Part shown: positions 62,408 through 64,000 of the stretch, one piece after another
Position numbering within the stretch: the stretch's first letter is position 1
Layout of the letters: every line of letters starts with the position of its first letter
Assembly (NCBI RefSeq): GCF_963853765.1
Contig: NC_088857.1
Span: 34,348,001 to 34,412,000 of the forward strand
From: Magallana gigas
Lineage: Eukaryota
Direction of reading: 5' to 3'
Length of the DNA stretch: 64,000 nucleotides
The notes under the pieces: model-generated
The model's input: only the letters and a program-made list of their open reading frames with translations
What the model was told of the DNA's origin: nothing
Databases searched by the model: none
Translations under genes and position numbers: made by a program

Positions 62408-64000
62408 TTCAGGGAGAACAGTTAGAAGTTATTGATAATTATGACAAAGTTTTGTTTTGATGAACTTTTCCTTCTGTCTGTTTAGGTTTTAGTTGTTATA
62501 TACACATTTTGTGTGAGAATGTAGATGCAATGGAGTGGTGATGGGATTTTGTGAGAAGCTGTGATGAAAGCAGTGCAATAGGTTAATAATTTATCAGCAA
62601 ATTATTCAATGCATTCAAGTACATGTGATGTCTGTGAAGGGAAAATGTTGACGAATGCTACATGCAGTTGTGTGAATTCTGTAGATGTTTAATGCCAATA
62701 TGAATTATCATGATGATATCAAAGTTGTTTATATTTTGTGTTACAGACTAGTTTGTATATTAATTAGGTTTGTAACTGTAGATCTCTTATTTCATACAAG
62801 AAATGTTTTTTTTATTGTGAAGATTAATGAAGAGGCAAAAAAACAATATTTGCCTTATTTGTTATTTTTGATCTAAGACCTGCAACTCACACTATCTTGC
62901 AGCAACTTGTGATATAAGGGGTCTACAGTAAAAAAAAAAGTAGAATTTTTTATACAGAGTTTGAATCAAACATACCACCACGTCTGTGCATCAAAGATGT
63001 TGAAAGAACTTCCTTATTTGATGAATGATTTATAAGTGAATTCTGGTTTATATGTATGAAAATGAAAAAGAATTGGTCAATGGAGCATGTGCCAGCTAAA
63101 TATTGTAAGTGTGTTTGTTTGTGTATATAAGTAATGATTTTTTTTTCAATAATATGTAATCAGTGTTCGATTGAGCCCACCAGTTTTAAGTTTAAACATT
63201 TCAGCTAATTGTTTAAATAAATTTTCTCAATGAATTCATAGAACAAACTACACACAAAATAGATGATGGGTAAACCTTTTGTTTTTATAAAGACATCATT
63301 TATTGATTGTTCAATGCACCCATTGTTGTTTGTTTTCAAACCTGTAAAACGGTGCTTATTTGACGCATGTCTTTTATGCTTTTCTTTATGTTTGAGAACT
63401 TTTTTTTTTACCAGATATATAAAAATTGAACAATAATTACTGTTACCATAGATCTGAGAGTTTGAAAGCAATTGATTTATCTTTTATATTTATGAGTTGA
63501 GCACTATGCATACATTGCTAGAAATAGTGCACTTTGCTCTAGCAGCCATATTGGTATGCAGCATTAACTATGCAAAGCTTTAATTTAATGATATAATATT
63601 TTGAGTTTATAACTCTAGAATTTTTTTTTTTTTTTTGCTGTACATTTTTTTACACACATTTGAGCATTTCCTTCTTGCCATGCATTGAAAGATCATAACA
63701 TTCCAAGGATTTTAACATTACATTAAGTGCTTTAGAACAATACTGTGCCATGCAAAATCATGACAAGCTACATGTACAACATGTATGGTGGTGCCTGCTG
63801 ATTTTTATTATTGACATATTTGAATAATCATTTTATGTGCTCCATTTTGTTCATACATGTATGCAGTGTATAATGGAAGATTTCTTGAGGTTCAGATTTC
63901 TTTGGGTAAGGGGTTTGAGGGGTTGGGATAATTATTGGTACTAAAGATTCCTAATTTAATATGAGGAATTAATGTCTGTGTAAATTGCAAGAAGCACATC

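Overview
AT-rich, intron-rich animal genomic DNA, not prokaryotic. The repeat families look like those of oysters (Crassostrea/Magallana-like); this is an inference from recalled repeat families. Three protein-coding genes were spliced by hand using GT-AG boundaries and phase continuity. (1) An ANKS1A/ANKS1B-like gene (ankyrin repeats, long disordered linker, 2 SAM, PTB) lies on the minus strand from an ATG at ~42509 and runs off the left edge. It has 21 in-frame coding exons (about 1,439 codons in the window), an 18-kb intron and a paralogous alternative exon. (2) A TMEM86/YhhN lysoplasmalogenase lies on the plus strand (46264-46968, first codons uncertain), head-to-head with ANKS1. (3) A complete 12-exon aspartyl/asparaginyl beta-hydroxylase (ASPH) lies on the plus strand (53690-62407, about 942 aa) with a ~340-aa AEEKRK-repeat luminal insert. 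Introns hold many non-autonomous DNA transposons: TA-TSD MITEs, an intact hAT element with an 8-bp TSD, a TTAA Kolobok-like element, Helentron/HINE elements with ~167-bp satellite monomers, and palindromic elements. The most notable observations are a duplicated, probably mutually exclusive ANKS1 exon pair; a minisatellite that copies an ANKS1 exon end and its splice donor five times; candidate internal first exons for short SAM-SAM-PTB isoforms; a junctin-like KEKE/single-alpha-helix domain inside ASPH; and a perfect 82-bp intronic inverted repeat. No CRISPR array, rRNA or intact tRNA gene was seen. No database searches were run, and homology statements rest on recalled protein motifs.
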